Positions 35,278 through 48,332 are shown, numbered from the stretch's first letter. The stretch: DNA of 64,000 bases from Blepharisma stoltei ATCC 30299 (GCA_965603825.1 CBFDEM010000041.1:372001-436000), one strand, 5' to 3'. Numbers and translations are program-made. Notes: a model not told the origin generated them from the sequence alone.

Positions 35278-36549
35278 ATGGGTGAAAATTGGTCGTGCTG
35301 CAGATCTGAAGAATTTGAAAGTTTAAACTACAGACAAGAGCTGGACATGAGCTTAAATAAAATAACTTATACGAAACAAGAAGCTGGGGTTGATATCCAA
35401 GGTAACAGCAATGAAATTATTCAAGTCACTTTTAACGGGAAAATCAATCTCAAACAAGATGAAACTGTGCTTCAAAGTGCTGCAAGGGGTTATATGGCCC
35501 GTAAAGAAATCGAAAAGAAAAGAGAAGCCATAAAAGGAAGCAAAAAGTTAATAGTTACTGTTAATGAGCCAATGTATGAAGCACCGTTCAAAGTCGCTGA
35601 AAAATCTGAGAATCTTAATTCGGATTCTCCAAAAGCGACTTCTTTCCCTACACCTGAAGAGCTATATGAAGAATTAAGTTCAGCAATTACAAAACATCAA
35701 GCCAATACCGTTAGTGCTCTAGAAAACGCTCTGGGTGAATTTGATATAAGCGAACCTTTAAACGATGGAGTGCCAGTAAAAGCCAAGCCAGCATTATTAC
35801 TTAAAGATGGCACAATATACCAAGGTGAATGAAATTCAAATAGCCAAAAACACGGCCGAGGAATAGAGATAAGTCAGGACGGTTCGAAATTCATCGGATA
35901 CTTTGTAAATGGACAAAAAGAAGGTAAAGGAAGAATAATTCACATAAATTCTGACGTTTACCAAGGAGATTTTAAAAAAGACAAAGCAAATGGCTTTGGA
36001 ATTTATATCCATGAAGATGGTTCCAAGTATGAAGGGGAGTTCAAAAATGATGAACAACATGGGCATGGCAGAGAAGAGTACTCCGATGGATCTGTATATG
36101 AAGGAGATTACAGAAAAGGAATGAAAGAAGGAAAAGGAGTTTTTAAATGGGCTGATGGCAGCTATTTTGAAGGAGATTTTAAAGCAAATAATAGAGAAGG
36201 GATAGGGACTTATGTGTGGGCAGACAAAAAAGCATATACAGGAGAGTGGAAAAATGGAAAAATGAATGGGAAAGGAGTATTTAAATGGGCTGATGGGAGG
36301 GAATATTCAGGAGAGTATGTAAATGACTTAAAGGAAGGTCATGGAAAATTTGTATGGCCAGATGGGAGGATCTATGATGGAGAGTGAAAAGAAGGGAAGC
36401 AGCATGGGATTGGGACATATTCGTTTTATACCAAGCATGTTAAACATCATAAAGTCAAGCAAGGAGAATGGCATGAAGGATATAGAGTAAGATGGCTTTA
36501 TGATGAAAGCGAAGTTGGTGACTCAATAGTTAATATTAGCAAGGCTTAA
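35278..36549 (+). CDS. MORN-repeat protein with IQ motif and putative N-terminal acylation
   Basis: MGENWSCC; IQ-like LQSAARGYMARK; YxGxWxxGxxxGxG repeats with TGA at the Trp (35830, 36385); TAA 36547-36549. Confidence 0.9.
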
Positions 36550-36597
36550 ATATCGGAACGCAAATTAATTAAGAATTTTCTATCTCAGGACTGATAG

Positions 36598-37212
36598 TTA
36601 GCTTTTATGAATTGGAGAAATGTATGGATACTTGATAAATCATGGTGTATAGCTTTCAGAAGCTGTTGTCTCAAAGGTTTTTGTATCATTAAAACTGCTT
36701 GAAATGCAATTTTTCAAAGATAGGCTTCTTTTCAGTGCAGATCGACTCAATGAAATTTTAGTTGAGTTTGTCTCTTCATTATTTTCCCTTCTGTGCCCTA
36801 ACGTTAAATTTGGATTTGCTATTTTTTTCATCTTAGTCAACCCAAAGCAAATTTTTGGGGATATTGAGAGTTTTTTACTGAAATTTATATTTTGTTTAGC
36901 ATTTTCTCGTTTTTTAGACTTTTTATGATTGCATATGCTTGAAAATAAACTTTCATTAGAGTTGAATTCAGTTAGCTTTGAAAATTTATACCTCAAAAAC
37001 ATTTTGCTTGCTGATTTTTCAGGCTTTCATCTGCAAGCAAAAGGAGATGGCTTTTTTGATGATCTATGCGCAAGGCTATTACTAATCAATAAAGGCTTGT
37101 TAAGTTGAATTGAAATTCTAGCAGGTTGGACTCAAAAATTTTCAGTTTTTTTTACTGGCAAGGAGCCATTATAAGACAAGCCTAAAAATTTTATTCCATG
37201 AGAGTTCTCCAT
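36598..37212 (-). CDS. Hypothetical basic protein (204 aa)
   Basis: ATG 37212 opens a frame that runs through three TGAs to TAA 36598-36600. Confidence 0.65.
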
Positions 37213-37413
37213 AATTTTATATTACATTATTAAATCAGAAAGTATCTTATGAATTCAATTTGTCTTTTGTTAATAATTGAAAACTATTGCTAGATATCTA
37301 ATAAATATCTAATAAATATATTTCCTAAACGCTCGAGTAAAGAATGTGCCGATATTTTTATATTAAAAATATATTAACTTCGCATCAATTTTTAATCTTG
37401 AAAATGGATTTAA

Positions 37414-38277
37414 ATGCGAAGACTTTTGACAGAAAATAAATGTATACCACTTATAGGTGCCTACAATGGGTTAATTGGAAAAGCTATTAAAAGTGCAGGG
37501 TTTAAAGGTTGCTATCTAAGTGGGGGAGCTCTTCATGCATCAAAAGGGTTTCCTGATGTTGGGTTGTTAACTTATGAATCTTTTTGCCAAGCAATCAAAG
37601 AAATTCATGATAGCTGCCAGCTGCCTATTCTTGCAGACGCCGATACAGGCTTTGGAGGTCCTGAGATTATAAGAAAAGTTGTTTATGAGTACTGAAATTC
37701 AGGTGCTGGCGGATTTCATATTGAAGACCAAACTTTTCCTAAAAGATGTGGCCATTTAGATGGAAAAACCCTTGAAAGCACTGAAATAATGCAAGAAAAA
37801 GTTGAAGCTGCCAAAAAAGCATCATTAGATTTCACTAATGGAGAATTTGTTGTATGCGCTAGAACTGATGCTTTTTCGGTTGAAGGGATAGATAGCGCAA
37901 TTAAGAGAGCCCAAGCTTATATCGAAGCAGGAGCTGATATGATTTTTCCCGAAGGTCTGCATAATATTGAAGATTTTGAAAAGTTTTATAGAGAAATGAA
38001 AAACAAAGCATGGCTTTTAGCCAATTTGACAGAATTTGGCAAAACATCGCTTGATATCAATGTTGCTAAACTTGAAGAAGTAGGCTACAAAGTAGTCATT
38101 TTCCCAGTCTCTACTTTAAGAGTTGCTATGAAAGCAATAAATGATTTATTAGAAGCAATTAAAAACGAAGGATCTCAAAAATCGACTCTTCACAAAATGC
38201 AAACAAGGAAAGAACTATATAGTCTGCTTGATTATAACCCAAATCAGCCCTGGGAATATAAAATACCTAAAAATTAA
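37414..38277 (+). CDS. prpB: 2-methylisocitrate lyase
   Basis: YLSGG, GFPDVG, ADADTGFGG, HIEDQTFPKRCGHLDGK, ARTDA, ANLTEFGKT, MQTRKELY; joined via TGA 37693. Confidence 0.9.
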
Positions 38278-38299
38278 TTTATTTTTCAAAAAAATTATT

Positions 38300-39322
38300 T
38301 TAGTCATTCAGATTTCTTTTCTTATTTGAGAACTCAACCAGGGTTCTCCCTACTTGGAGCATTAGCTCACTTTCGTAGCTTAGCTTGTAGCTTTCTTCGA
38401 GCTTGACTAGAGTCCCGAATTTGCTAATATTATCTTCAAGCAAAAAATTCCCTCCCTCATATTTGATACTTGCGTGGCTTCTTGATACTGAAATATCAGA
38501 AATCCTAACATCGGAGTCATGCCCTCTTCCAAGAACTGCTATACATTTATTCATAAAAGAGACCAAATAAAGATATCTATGGCTATTATGATCTTTATTC
38601 ATTGCTTCTAGCACGATATAAGGGGTGGTTATTCCTTCTGCTATAAAAATTTCATATGTTTTTCTCCCTGACTTTACTTTTGTTGGAAAAGGCTGCTTGC
38701 ATAATTCGCAGTCCATGGATTTTCAGCAATAAATGACTGAATTTTCGCCTTCTTTAGTACTTAATTTTGAGGAAATTCATTTTTGTAAGCAAAGGACATG
38801 AATATATTTCATTGTTCCCGAACACATGCAAGGAGAGATAAGAGGATTATTTGGCTCATTAGTATCGCATAAGCAGATTCTGCACACATTTTCAGTATTT
38901 TCGGGGTTTATAGCTTCTTGGGTTATTGGCTCTATTAAATCATTGTTTAATGAGCATACTCTGAATTTTAGTCTGCCAAGTTTTATTATATCATTTTCTT
39001 TTAATGTGTATGTTTTTGGCTGAGACGATGACTTATAGTTCCTTAAAGCAAGCCACAAGGATTCCTGCTCCGCAGAATTTATTACGGCATGATACCTTAT
39101 GGGATTTACTGATAGTAGCAAGGAGCTATTTGCCAACTCTGAATTATGGGCTTGTATATGAGTTTCATTTCCAGCCCTCACAATTTTTGAATTTTCAGTA
39201 ATTTTAAAAAGCTTTTTGCTTATATGGCTGGACTCATAATCAAAAAGCCCATGAGAATCTCGAGACCATGTAAAAGTACTTGCATAAATCCTGCGTAAAA
39301 ATTACGACTGTTCTTTTTTCAT
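38300..39322 (-). CDS. RING-CH (RINGv) + FHA domain protein, one intron
   Basis: After intron 39291-39305 the frame reads TWSRDSHGLFDYE, CRICL...PCMCSGTMKYIHVLCLQK-W, CELCK, and FHA motifs LGRGHDSDVRISDISVSRSHA...SKFGT (336 codons). Confidence 0.92.
39291..39305 (-). other. 15-nt intron GTAATTTTTACGCAG
   Basis: GT..AG, A at position 10, removes an in-frame TAA near the start codon. Confidence 0.88.
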
Positions 39323-39420
39323 TTTCCTTTAAATAATTATAAATCGTTAAAGTTAACGTATAATTATTGATTAAATAAAAGTTTTCTTTGTAAAGCATTT
39401 ACTAGGGAATTCTTATTTGA

Positions 39421-42400
39421 ATGCTACTAAATTTCATAAATATGATAGCAGTTGCAATTTTTGCTGCGCTTTTCATCAATAAAACTATAGCATTAAGCTT
39501 CTCAAGGCTACCTTCAACTGATTCACCTCCTAGTAACAGGCAATATTTATGTGGAGATTACTATAGTAGCGATAAATCCATTATTCTATTCGGAGGAAAT
39601 CAAGGGATTTCTTCTACTTTTAACAGTGTATGGCAATATAACTTAACCTCAAACTTATGGCAAAAGCTCGTGCCGATTTCTTCACAAGCCCCACGTAATT
39701 TATAAATAGTTGCAAGATATACTCATGGGTGCTGAGTTGATGATACTAACTCAAAGCTATATATATTTGGAGGAAATTCTGATAATGGGCCGCAAAATGA
39801 TATGTGGGTTTATGATTTGAGCAGCTTGCAGTGGACGCAAGTGCTTCAGAAAGGATCTGTGCCTGCTTCAAGATTCAGGTTTGGCTATTCAAAGTATATA
39901 GATAGCAATGGGAAATTGAAACTTATTTTATTTGGTGGAACTTTATCTACTGGATACTCAAGCTCACTTTATATGTAAAAATTATTTAGCTTTGATGTCG
40001 AAACTACCTATTGAACGAAGATGACGAACACAACTTCATTAGTTCCTAACAAGCTTAATGGTCCATTAGTTCAATATTATGATGGGTATGTTTATGTTTT
40101 TGGTGGAGATATCACCGGAAATAAAGAACTCGGCATAGACTCAGCGAATACTGACACTCTTCGCTACAGCTTAGCATCAAGCGCGTGAACAAATATAACA
40201 AACATTAATCACAAATATGAGTACCGATACTTTTCAGGAAGTGTTGTCTACAATAAGGCTGCATATTTATTATATGGGTGGTCAGACAATACAAGCCAAG
40301 ATATAAAAAATATTATGAAGCTAGATTTCACAGATCCAGATTTTAAATGAGCAGAAGTAACAGTTTCCTATAGCTCTGGCGGACTAGATCGAATTCCCAG
40401 AGACTCGTTCGCCTATGTTCTTGCAGATTCAGCATTTTATATTTTTGGTGGATACAGCAGTAACGAAGGAATAATGAATGATTTAGTTAAGTTTGACCTC
40501 ACCCAAAATCCTGTCACTTATACAATTTTGAGCGATTTATATACAGGCCCAGATTCTCGAGAAAGCCACTCGCTTTGCGTGATGGATGGACTTTTATATT
40601 TATTTGGAGGAACTAATGGGAATAGCTTTGTGAATGACTTGTGGGTCTATGATCCAGATACTGATTTATGGGAGTCAGTCAAGGCAGAAGGTACAACGCC
40701 TTCAGCAAGATCTGGTCATGCGGCAAGTTCCCAAGGAGATGTCATGATTATTTTTGGAGGAAAAGATGACTCAGGATATTTAAATGACATGTATCAGTTC
40801 AACACTTTGTCTAATCAATGACAAGAAGTCAACCCTACATCAAGTTCTAGCCCAAGCGCAAGGACGGGGGCATGTATGCAGATTTATATGCCTTATATTA
40901 TTATTTTTGGAGGAAAAACTAGTGCAGGACTCTCAAGAGAAGTATGAAGCTATGATAGTGGGACGAATGAGTATACTTTGCTTTATGATGGGACTGGAGA
41001 TGAAGGGCCAACCCCAGTAATTGGACCAGCATGTGAGCTGCAGCTGGATGACTATGGGAATATGAATTTAATTACTATGTATGGGACTGCTGATGGAGAA
41101 GTTCCACTAGGTGACGTCGATTTGTTTAATTTGACGTCTCAAAAATGGACAAAGCTGTATACCACAAATGGAGCAACACCGTTGACTAACAGAGCTCAAG
41201 CCATTATTAAGAAGATGAATTCAACGATCGTCGTTATGGGTGGAGAGCAATGGTCTACTGATGTATTCAATGATCTTTATATTTTAAACCTCAATACAAG
41301 CACAACTACAACTATTTCAAGCCTTCCTGATTACTACTATAATGCTGCTTTTGCATACTATAAAACTATACTTTACATACATGGAGGTGGAGCTGTTTAT
41401 GGGCAAGCAATGAGAACTTCAGTGACAAAATCAAGCTTCTTAGAAGTTGATCTGAAATGTCCTAATATGAGACCTTGCCCGTATACTTGCAGTCCAGGAA
41501 CTTACTTGAATAGTACTTCATGTGTAGAATGCCCTAAAGGCAGCTACTCTGAGAATTATGGCGTAGATTCTTGCACCAAGTGCCCAAAAGGAAGCTTCAA
41601 TCCCTTAAATGGAGCAAATACAGTTAGGCAATGCTATCCTTGCAGCCAAAATTCTTTCAACAACGAAGAAGGAGCTTCTTCTTGCAAAAATTGTCCAGCC
41701 GGGAAAACTTGTCCTGTAGGCAGTACAAAGCCCTTAGATGATTCAGTTGAAATCTCTTCTTCTTCAATTCAGCCAAAGCTTTACTCAAAATCAGATGGTG
41801 ATGCCCAAAATGCTATAGATTATATGGTCATTACAATCATGATCATTACATTTTTTGTACTTGTTTCCATTTATTTTTTTAGAGGTATCAGGCTTTACTT
41901 GCAGAAAATTGATCTTTATTCTGATAAGCACAACTACATTCTAGATGCCCCAATGAAACTTATGAAAACACGTATGGGAGGCTTGTTCAGTATCTTTTTT
42001 ATTATCCTTGCTATCATCTTAATAGCTTCTGATATAATCACTTTTGAAATGGCCAATATAGAAGAAACAAAAGCGTTGGTGCCTTTGGTGACTTTGCAAA
42101 ACGAAATTTCAGTCTTTACAGGCTATATACGCGTTTATGCCACTTTTTTTAGATATGGAGGAGAGTGTGTAACTGAGAAAAACACATGCCAGGAATCAAT
42201 ATCATATAATCTTTATTATATAACCTATGATAAGCTCCAAGTCAACTGCACAAAAAGCTCAGAAAATGACTGCACGATTTCATTAGCATGCTCTAATTGT
42301 GTAGTTGAGACTGGGGCATATATACAGTATAACCTATTAGAAGTGTCGAGCTATACGTCAGCTATTAGTGTAAATGTAACATCAACATCGTCTATTCCTA

Positions 42401-42963
42401 ATGAATTAAGCAGCATTAATGAAGTATTGGTACCTAATGATAACTCAGTTTTTAGAGGATATAACCCCACACAATTCTTTTATACCATGACTCCTTCATA
42501 TTTTAGGTCGTATGTTTCGGATTGGACTGATAAAGTGACTGGCTATCATGTGTCTGTTGCTTCTTCACCTGTAGGAGGATCTCAATATACGATCACAGAG
42601 TAATTTTTATATAGGCTTCCTTTTACTTCTGATTTAAAGCTGCAAGTGTATCTTGCTAAAAGTGATACAAGTTTATACACTACAAGGGCAGCGAAACAAA
42701 CTGTCATTATCCTAATAAGCACGCTGTTGGGGTCTGTTTTTGGAGTTATGAGTGCTATTGGAGGAGTCATGAGAATTACAGAAAAGTCCTGGAATTATAC
42801 AGACACAACGGTAAAGCACAAGAAAGCTAAAAAAGGGCTTTCTAATAATAGAAATAACTATAAAAACATGCTGAAAGATGACCAGGAATTGAAAGATTTT
42901 AAATATGACGAAATCGAGCCAAATACTTCAAGAGGTGAGTGGGTTCCAAAAGAGGATAACTAA
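39421..42963 (+). CDS. Membrane protein: signal peptide, Kelch repeats, Cys-rich (TNFR/GCC2-like) repeats, three TM segments; three introns
   Basis: Many FGG Kelch units with TGA at Trp sites; CPKGSY/CPKGSF repeats; hydrophobic segments near 41820, 41980 and 42700. Removing introns 39695-39709, 39975-39989 and 42600-42614 gives 1166 codons. Confidence 0.88.
39695..39709 (+). other. 15-nt intron GTAATTTATAAATAG
   Basis: GT..AG, A at position 10, contains an in-frame TAA. Confidence 0.9.
39975..39989 (+). other. 15-nt intron GTAAAAATTATTTAG
   Basis: GT..AG, A at position 10, contains an in-frame TAA. Confidence 0.9.
42600..42614 (+). other. 15-nt intron GTAATTTTTATATAG
   Basis: GT..AG, A at position 10, contains an in-frame TAA. 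Confidence 0.9.
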
Positions 42964-43057
42964 ATTATACTTATTATTAAGCCTAGCTAATTAATAGAAT
43001 ATTTAATATTAACAATATCAAAATAAATCGTGATTTTTAATGCAGAATGCATTATAA

Positions 43058-44065
43058 TTAAATGATTTTATTTTTATACGGCTTTGATGCGACCAAAAAC
43101 GTATCTTCTTCGATTACAAGTCTTAACGGATGAGGAGTCAGAGGAAGTTTAGGAGAAATATCTAAAATATCTGCAGCCCATCTGTCAGGACTTGCAGGAC
43201 TCATGATTTCTTCAATAGCATCTGATGGCACCTCTACAACATCTTGGCAAGGTGAAGCCATTTTTCTCAATTTATTTACAATTTCAGGTATTTCGGGCTC
43301 TTGGTCTTCACTTTCAACCAAATGGAAATTTCGATTCCTTGGCCGGTCTGAGTGTCTTAGTCTTCTTGGTGACGTAGATCCAGCACTTGTAGCTCTCTCC
43401 CTGACCACTCTTGCAATAGGGAATTTTGTATTGTGGTCTGGGGGCAAAATGATGACTCTCATCCTATCGATAGCTGCATCTTTAGGTTGAATATGCTTTA
43501 CATTCGGCATAATATCTCTTGCCAGCGTATCCCCTTGATTTCCTAGTTTATGTAAATATAGACATTCTTTTTTAGGGCAAGGGTTTCCTTTGAGAAAATA
43601 TGCACAATACTTCGTAGTCCCATAAGTTGCGACCAGAGTATTTCCTTCTAGCTCGAAGTTATTTACTGCCTTCAAACAAAGTGCTGCTTCTTCGTCTGTA
43701 GAATAAGTAACGTAAGCTCCATATGTCGGTGGAGCGTCAGTTTCCCCATGTGTAATAGACTTGTTTATAGAGAACTTCTTAATGTTTCCGTACTGTCCAA
43801 AATATTCATAACGCTTCAGAAGGTCGTCGTCAGCGAATTTGGCAGGGATGTTTGTGACATAAATTAAATTGCTTTGAATTACCCTTGCATTTGACAGCTC
43901 AGCAAGGTTCAGAGGAATCGGCCTTTTCTTGTTTTTCTTATTTTTATTTTTGGGAAAAGGCTGCACAAGAGTTCCATTGGGCGGGCTTTTAGGGGTTTGA
44001 GCAGGGGGTATTGGCCTTCCAGGAAGAGAAGGGGTGATTGAGATTTGAATTACGCTTGAGTCCAT
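43058..44065 (-). CDS. NOT4/CNOT4-like RRM + C3H1 protein lacking the RING
   Basis: RVIQSNLIYV, EYFGQYGNIKK, AYVTY, ATYGTTKYCAYFLKGNPCPKKECLYLH. Confidence 0.85.
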   Translation of the reverse strand: MDSSVIQISITPSLPGRPIPPAQTPKSPPNGTLVQPFPKNKNKKNKKRPIPLNLAELSNARVIQSNLIYVTNIPAKFADDDLLKRYEYFGQYGNIKKFSINKSITHGETDAPPTYGAYVTYSTDEEAALCLKAVNNFELEGNTLVATYGTTKYCAYFLKGNPCPKKECLYLHKLGNQGDTLARDIMPNVKHIQPKDAAIDRMRVIILPPDHNTKFPIARVVRERATSAGSTSPRRLRHSDRPRNRNFHLVESEDQEPEIPEIVNKLRKMASPCQDVVEVPSDAIEEIMSPASPDRWAADILDISPKLPLTPHPLRLVIEEDTFLVASKPYKNKII

Positions 44066-44296
44066 CTTAATTTATTTATTCAACCTAGTAGAATTAATAG
44101 AAGACGATGGGAGATTATAATATTGGATTAAAAAGGATTTTAAATTAAAAAAAAAACAAACAAGAAAATATAAAATATGACTTTTAAATATGCAAAATGG
44201 TTGCAGTTAATTAATGTGGTAGAAAGAAAAATTATAATAAATTTTATTATTTAATTGCGAAATTAAGCAAAAATAAAAATCCTGTACAACATAAAA

Positions 44297-46138
44297 TTAT
44301 TTTGGTTTATTACCTCCCTCAAATTGTGAAGCCATCTCATAATCTTTTTTTGCTAACTCTATTTCTCCAATATTATCATAGCAGCATGCTCGATTAAAAT
44401 ACGCGTCCCCATAGCTTGGATCGAGCTCAATTGTCTTTCCAAAATCTTCTATAGCCTGCTCAAATTTTCCTGATCTTTCATATGCAATCCCTCTATTATA
44501 ATAATTTTCCGCTTCGTTTGGCTCATGAGAAATAGCAAAAGAATAATCATTGACTGCTTCGTTGAACTTATTGATCTTTGCATAACAATAAGCTCTACTA
44601 GTATACGCTTTTACAGTAGGATCTAATGTGATTTCTTTAGAATAATCATCAATCGCTTTATCAAATTGTTTCAGCTTCCTCCAAACCCATGCGCGGCTGT
44701 TGTAAATTTTGGAGTTTATTGGGTCGATTTCAATAGCTTTTGTGAAGTCTTCTAAGGAGTCTTCTAATAAATTCATGTTCCTCTTGCAGCATGCACGGTT
44801 GTGGAAATACGTCGCGTTTCGATTGTCAAGTCGAATACTTCTGGTGAAGTCTCCGAGTGCTTGCTCGTATTTTTTTTGCTTGTCCCAAATAATGGCTCTG
44901 CCATTGTAAGCAGGTGCATAATTGCTATCAATTTTAAGTGCTTTGTTGTAAGTTTCTATAGCTTCTTCATATTTTCCCCTATTTTCTTGGACGTTCGCAA
45001 GTCTTTCTATTATTTTGAGATTTTTAGAATCGATTTCTAGGGCGCAAAAATAATACTCCTCTGCTTCCTCTAGCCTATTAAGGGTTTCTAAGCACACTGC
45101 ACAAGAGAAAAAAGCTCTTACATGGCGAGGGTCAATTCTAATTGCATGGGAATAGTCTTGGATAGCCTTATCACACTCTTCTATTTTTTTATAAGTAAGT
45201 CCACGATTATGATAGAAATCAGCTTTATAAGGATTGAGCCTTATTGCAGTTGTGAAGTCATTTATTGCTGATAAGTATTCTTTCTTTTTATCATATGATA
45301 TCCCACGGTTGAAATAGACACTTGCATGGTTTGAGTCGATACTTAGTGCTGACGTATAATCAATAACAGCCTCTTCTAGCCTTCCCATCTTGTCATAAGA
45401 AAAGGCGCGATTGAAAAGAGATTTGAAATGTGAGGGATCAATGCTCAGTGCTTTCGTGTAATATTTAATAGCCTCCATATAATCTTCATTTTTCTGAGCT
45501 CCGACCCCTTTGGCGTACAAAGATTCCGCTGTTTCATTGCTTTCGTCTTCAAGCCTTGCAGACAAAGGCTCGTCATTTAGCGTTACATGAAAATCATCTA
45601 GTCCTGGGTTGCTAAGTCCTGTTGAGGTTGATCCAGAAATTCTATTTTTGTAAGGCGATGGTACTCTTTCTCTATCAATTTCTAAGGCCATTGAATAGTC
45701 TTCTAACGCCTTCACAAAATTTCCTATCCTGTTTTGACAGGCACCTCTAGCATAAGCTGCGTTAATGTGGTTAGGATCTAGCTGCAAAACTGTGGTGAAG
45801 TCTTCAATGCTTTTTTCAAAGTTTCCAAGTCTTTCGTTTGTGCATCCTCTGATGTAATATCCACCTACAAAGTTTTTGTCATCTTCTATAAGCTTATTAC
45901 AATCTGTCAAAGCTTCTTCCAGCATTCCTTTTTTAAGATAAGAAGAAGCTCGGAGATACAGCGCTCTTTGGTTATTTTGGTCAATTTTCAAGTTTCTTGT
46001 GCAGATATCTATTGTATTATCGAGATCCATACTTTGACGGTAATGCCGATAGTGGCCTCTTAGCTTTGGGTATCTCTGCATTTCTCTTCGGCGGTTCATG
46101 ACGCATTTTAATAGCTCGATTTCAAGCTCGCCGTCCAT
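44297..46138 (-). CDS. Multi-TPR repeat protein
   Basis: Numerous 34-aa A..NRG....g..eeA..D...AI..DP units. Confidence 0.92.
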   Translation of the reverse strand: MDGELEIELLKCVMNRRREMQRYPKLRGHYRHYRQSMDLDNTIDICTRNLKIDQNNQRALYLRASSYLKKGMLEEALTDCNKLIEDDKNFVGGYYIRGCTNERLGNFEKSIEDFTTVLQLDPNHINAAYARGACQNRIGNFVKALEDYSMALEIDRERVPSPYKNRISGSTSTGLSNPGLDDFHVTLNDEPLSARLEDESNETAESLYAKGVGAQKNEDYMEAIKYYTKALSIDPSHFKSLFNRAFSYDKMGRLEEAVIDYTSALSIDSNHASVYFNRGISYDKKKEYLSAINDFTTAIRLNPYKADFYHNRGLTYKKIEECDKAIQDYSHAIRIDPRHVRAFFSCAVCLETLNRLEEAEEYYFCALEIDSKNLKIIERLANVQENRGKYEEAIETYNKALKIDSNYAPAYNGRAIIWDKQKKYEQALGDFTRSIRLDNRNATYFHNRACCKRNMNLLEDSLEDFTKAIEIDPINSKIYNSRAWVWRKLKQFDKAIDDYSKEITLDPTVKAYTSRAYCYAKINKFNEAVNDYSFAISHEPNEAENYYNRGIAYERSGKFEQAIEDFGKTIELDPSYGDAYFNRACCYDNIGEIELAKKDYEMASQFEGGNKPK

Positions 46139-46218
46139 CTAACTGCTTTTCTTAATAAATAATTATTTCATTAGCTATAAATTAGATTAATATCTTAATC
46201 TGAAATGAGTAAAATATA

Positions 46219-47007
<789 letters not shown>

Positions 47008-47082
47008 CTCAGAGATAGATTCTTTCCTAAAAAACTATGGATCTATATTATACGTGATTTTACTCTCAAATCAAAAAATAAT

Positions 47083-47644
47083 TTAAAAAAACCTTAAACT
47101 AGGCATAATATTAAAAATCAGATACCAGAATGCTCGATCAATATTAAATCCATTTTTAGCAGATACTTCAATATATAGAATGCCAAGACTATCTGCAAGG
47201 TCCTTTGCTTCTTCATAAGTGATTTCTCTCTTATCTTCCAAATCGCATCAATTTCCTACTAAAATGCATGAATCGTTGCATCGTCAACTATTATCACAGA
47301 GATCTTTTCAAAATTTAACTTTTTCAAAAGAGCTCCTATCTGTCAAACTAAAAATAATAAAAACACCATGACGACCTCTCAGATAAGAAGTTGTTATATT
47401 AGTAAATTGAGCTTGCCCAGAAGGGTCTCATATATAAAGCTTGATACATTTTTTCTGATATTTTACATACTTCGCTTTCTATAATGAACCTTACAAAATC
47501 AATCCCAATAGTTGATTTATACTCAGTAGGTGGGTTTTCGTTCATAAATGATGAAGAAAAAAATGATTTTCCGGTAGCTGGCTCACCTAAAAGAACGATA
47601 TTTAAAAGAAAATCACTATTTAAAAAATACCAACTTAGGCTCAT
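47083..47644 (-). CDS. Divergent Rab-family small GTPase, two introns
   Basis: Spliced product reads CDFLLNIVLLGEPATGKS, STIGIDFK, IWDPSGQ, ITTSYLRG, LVGN-W-CDL, EVSAK; TAA 47083-47085 (177 codons). Confidence 0.8.
47479..47494 (-). other. 16-nt intron GTAAGGTTCATTATAG
   Basis: Removal restores the Rab frame exactly after TIGIDF. Confidence 0.88.
47616..47630 (-). other. 15-nt stop-free intron GTATTTTTTAAATAG
   Basis: GT..AG, A at position 10; removal gives the Rab-like start xDFLLNIVLLG. Confidence 0.72.
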
Positions 47645-48046
47645 TTTAATTTTATAATAAAGATGCTTCTCTACTAAGTTTACTACTCCTAATTGATGCT
47701 CTAAAAATGGTCATTAAAGTAAGCCCCATGCATAAATAGCTATTATCTTACAATGTGATTTCACTAATAAATAAATATTAGCAGAGTAATTAGAATTTGT
47801 ATATAAATCATTAATTTTAGATAAATTCATTAAAAGCTTCGCAACTTTTGCAAATATTTATTTCTTGTTAATCCAATAATTCATAGTGCAATTCAATGGT
47901 GTGATATATAAGGAATTAAATTTTCATAGATAATTTCTGCATAATTTCAAAAATCTTATCTACATTATCCATCTCTATTAATTATTTAGCGATAATCATC
48001 ATGCTTATAGTTTTTTATATCAAATGATATAAAATTATGCAAGCCA

Positions 48047-48332
48047 TTAGTCCTCAGGCTTGCGAATATTAAGTCTATTTTTTGAAGATACCTCTATATA
48101 TGGAATACCAAAACTATCAGCGAGCTCCTTTGCTTCATCGTACCTGGAAATTTAAAGCGTTTGTAAACTTTATAAGACTTATAAAACCAAATTTAATTGT
48201 TGGGTTGTATCTTTTGAAAAGTTTTTATTAATGAATGATGAGAAAAAAAAATGGTTTACTAGAGCATTGATCTTCAAGCAGATAAATATAAAAAGAATCT
48301 TTACTTAATAATATTTACAATTCCTTGCTCAT
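48047..48332 (-). pseudogene. Decayed tandem copy of the adjacent Rab gene
   Basis: ATG followed by a 15-nt intron-like GTAAATATTATTAAG (48304-48318), remnants FF..SSFIN and YNPTIKFGF, then YDEAKELADSFGIPYIEVSSKNRLNI (neighbour: YEEAKDLADSLGILYIEVSAKNGFNI). Stops, frameshifts and a central deletion. Confidence 0.75.

Noticed and set aside
34393-38277. Citrate synthase remnant near prpB as a methylcitrate-cycle cluster
   Set aside because: The remnant has GltA-type rather than PrpC features, and two unrelated genes intervene; proximity is probably chance.
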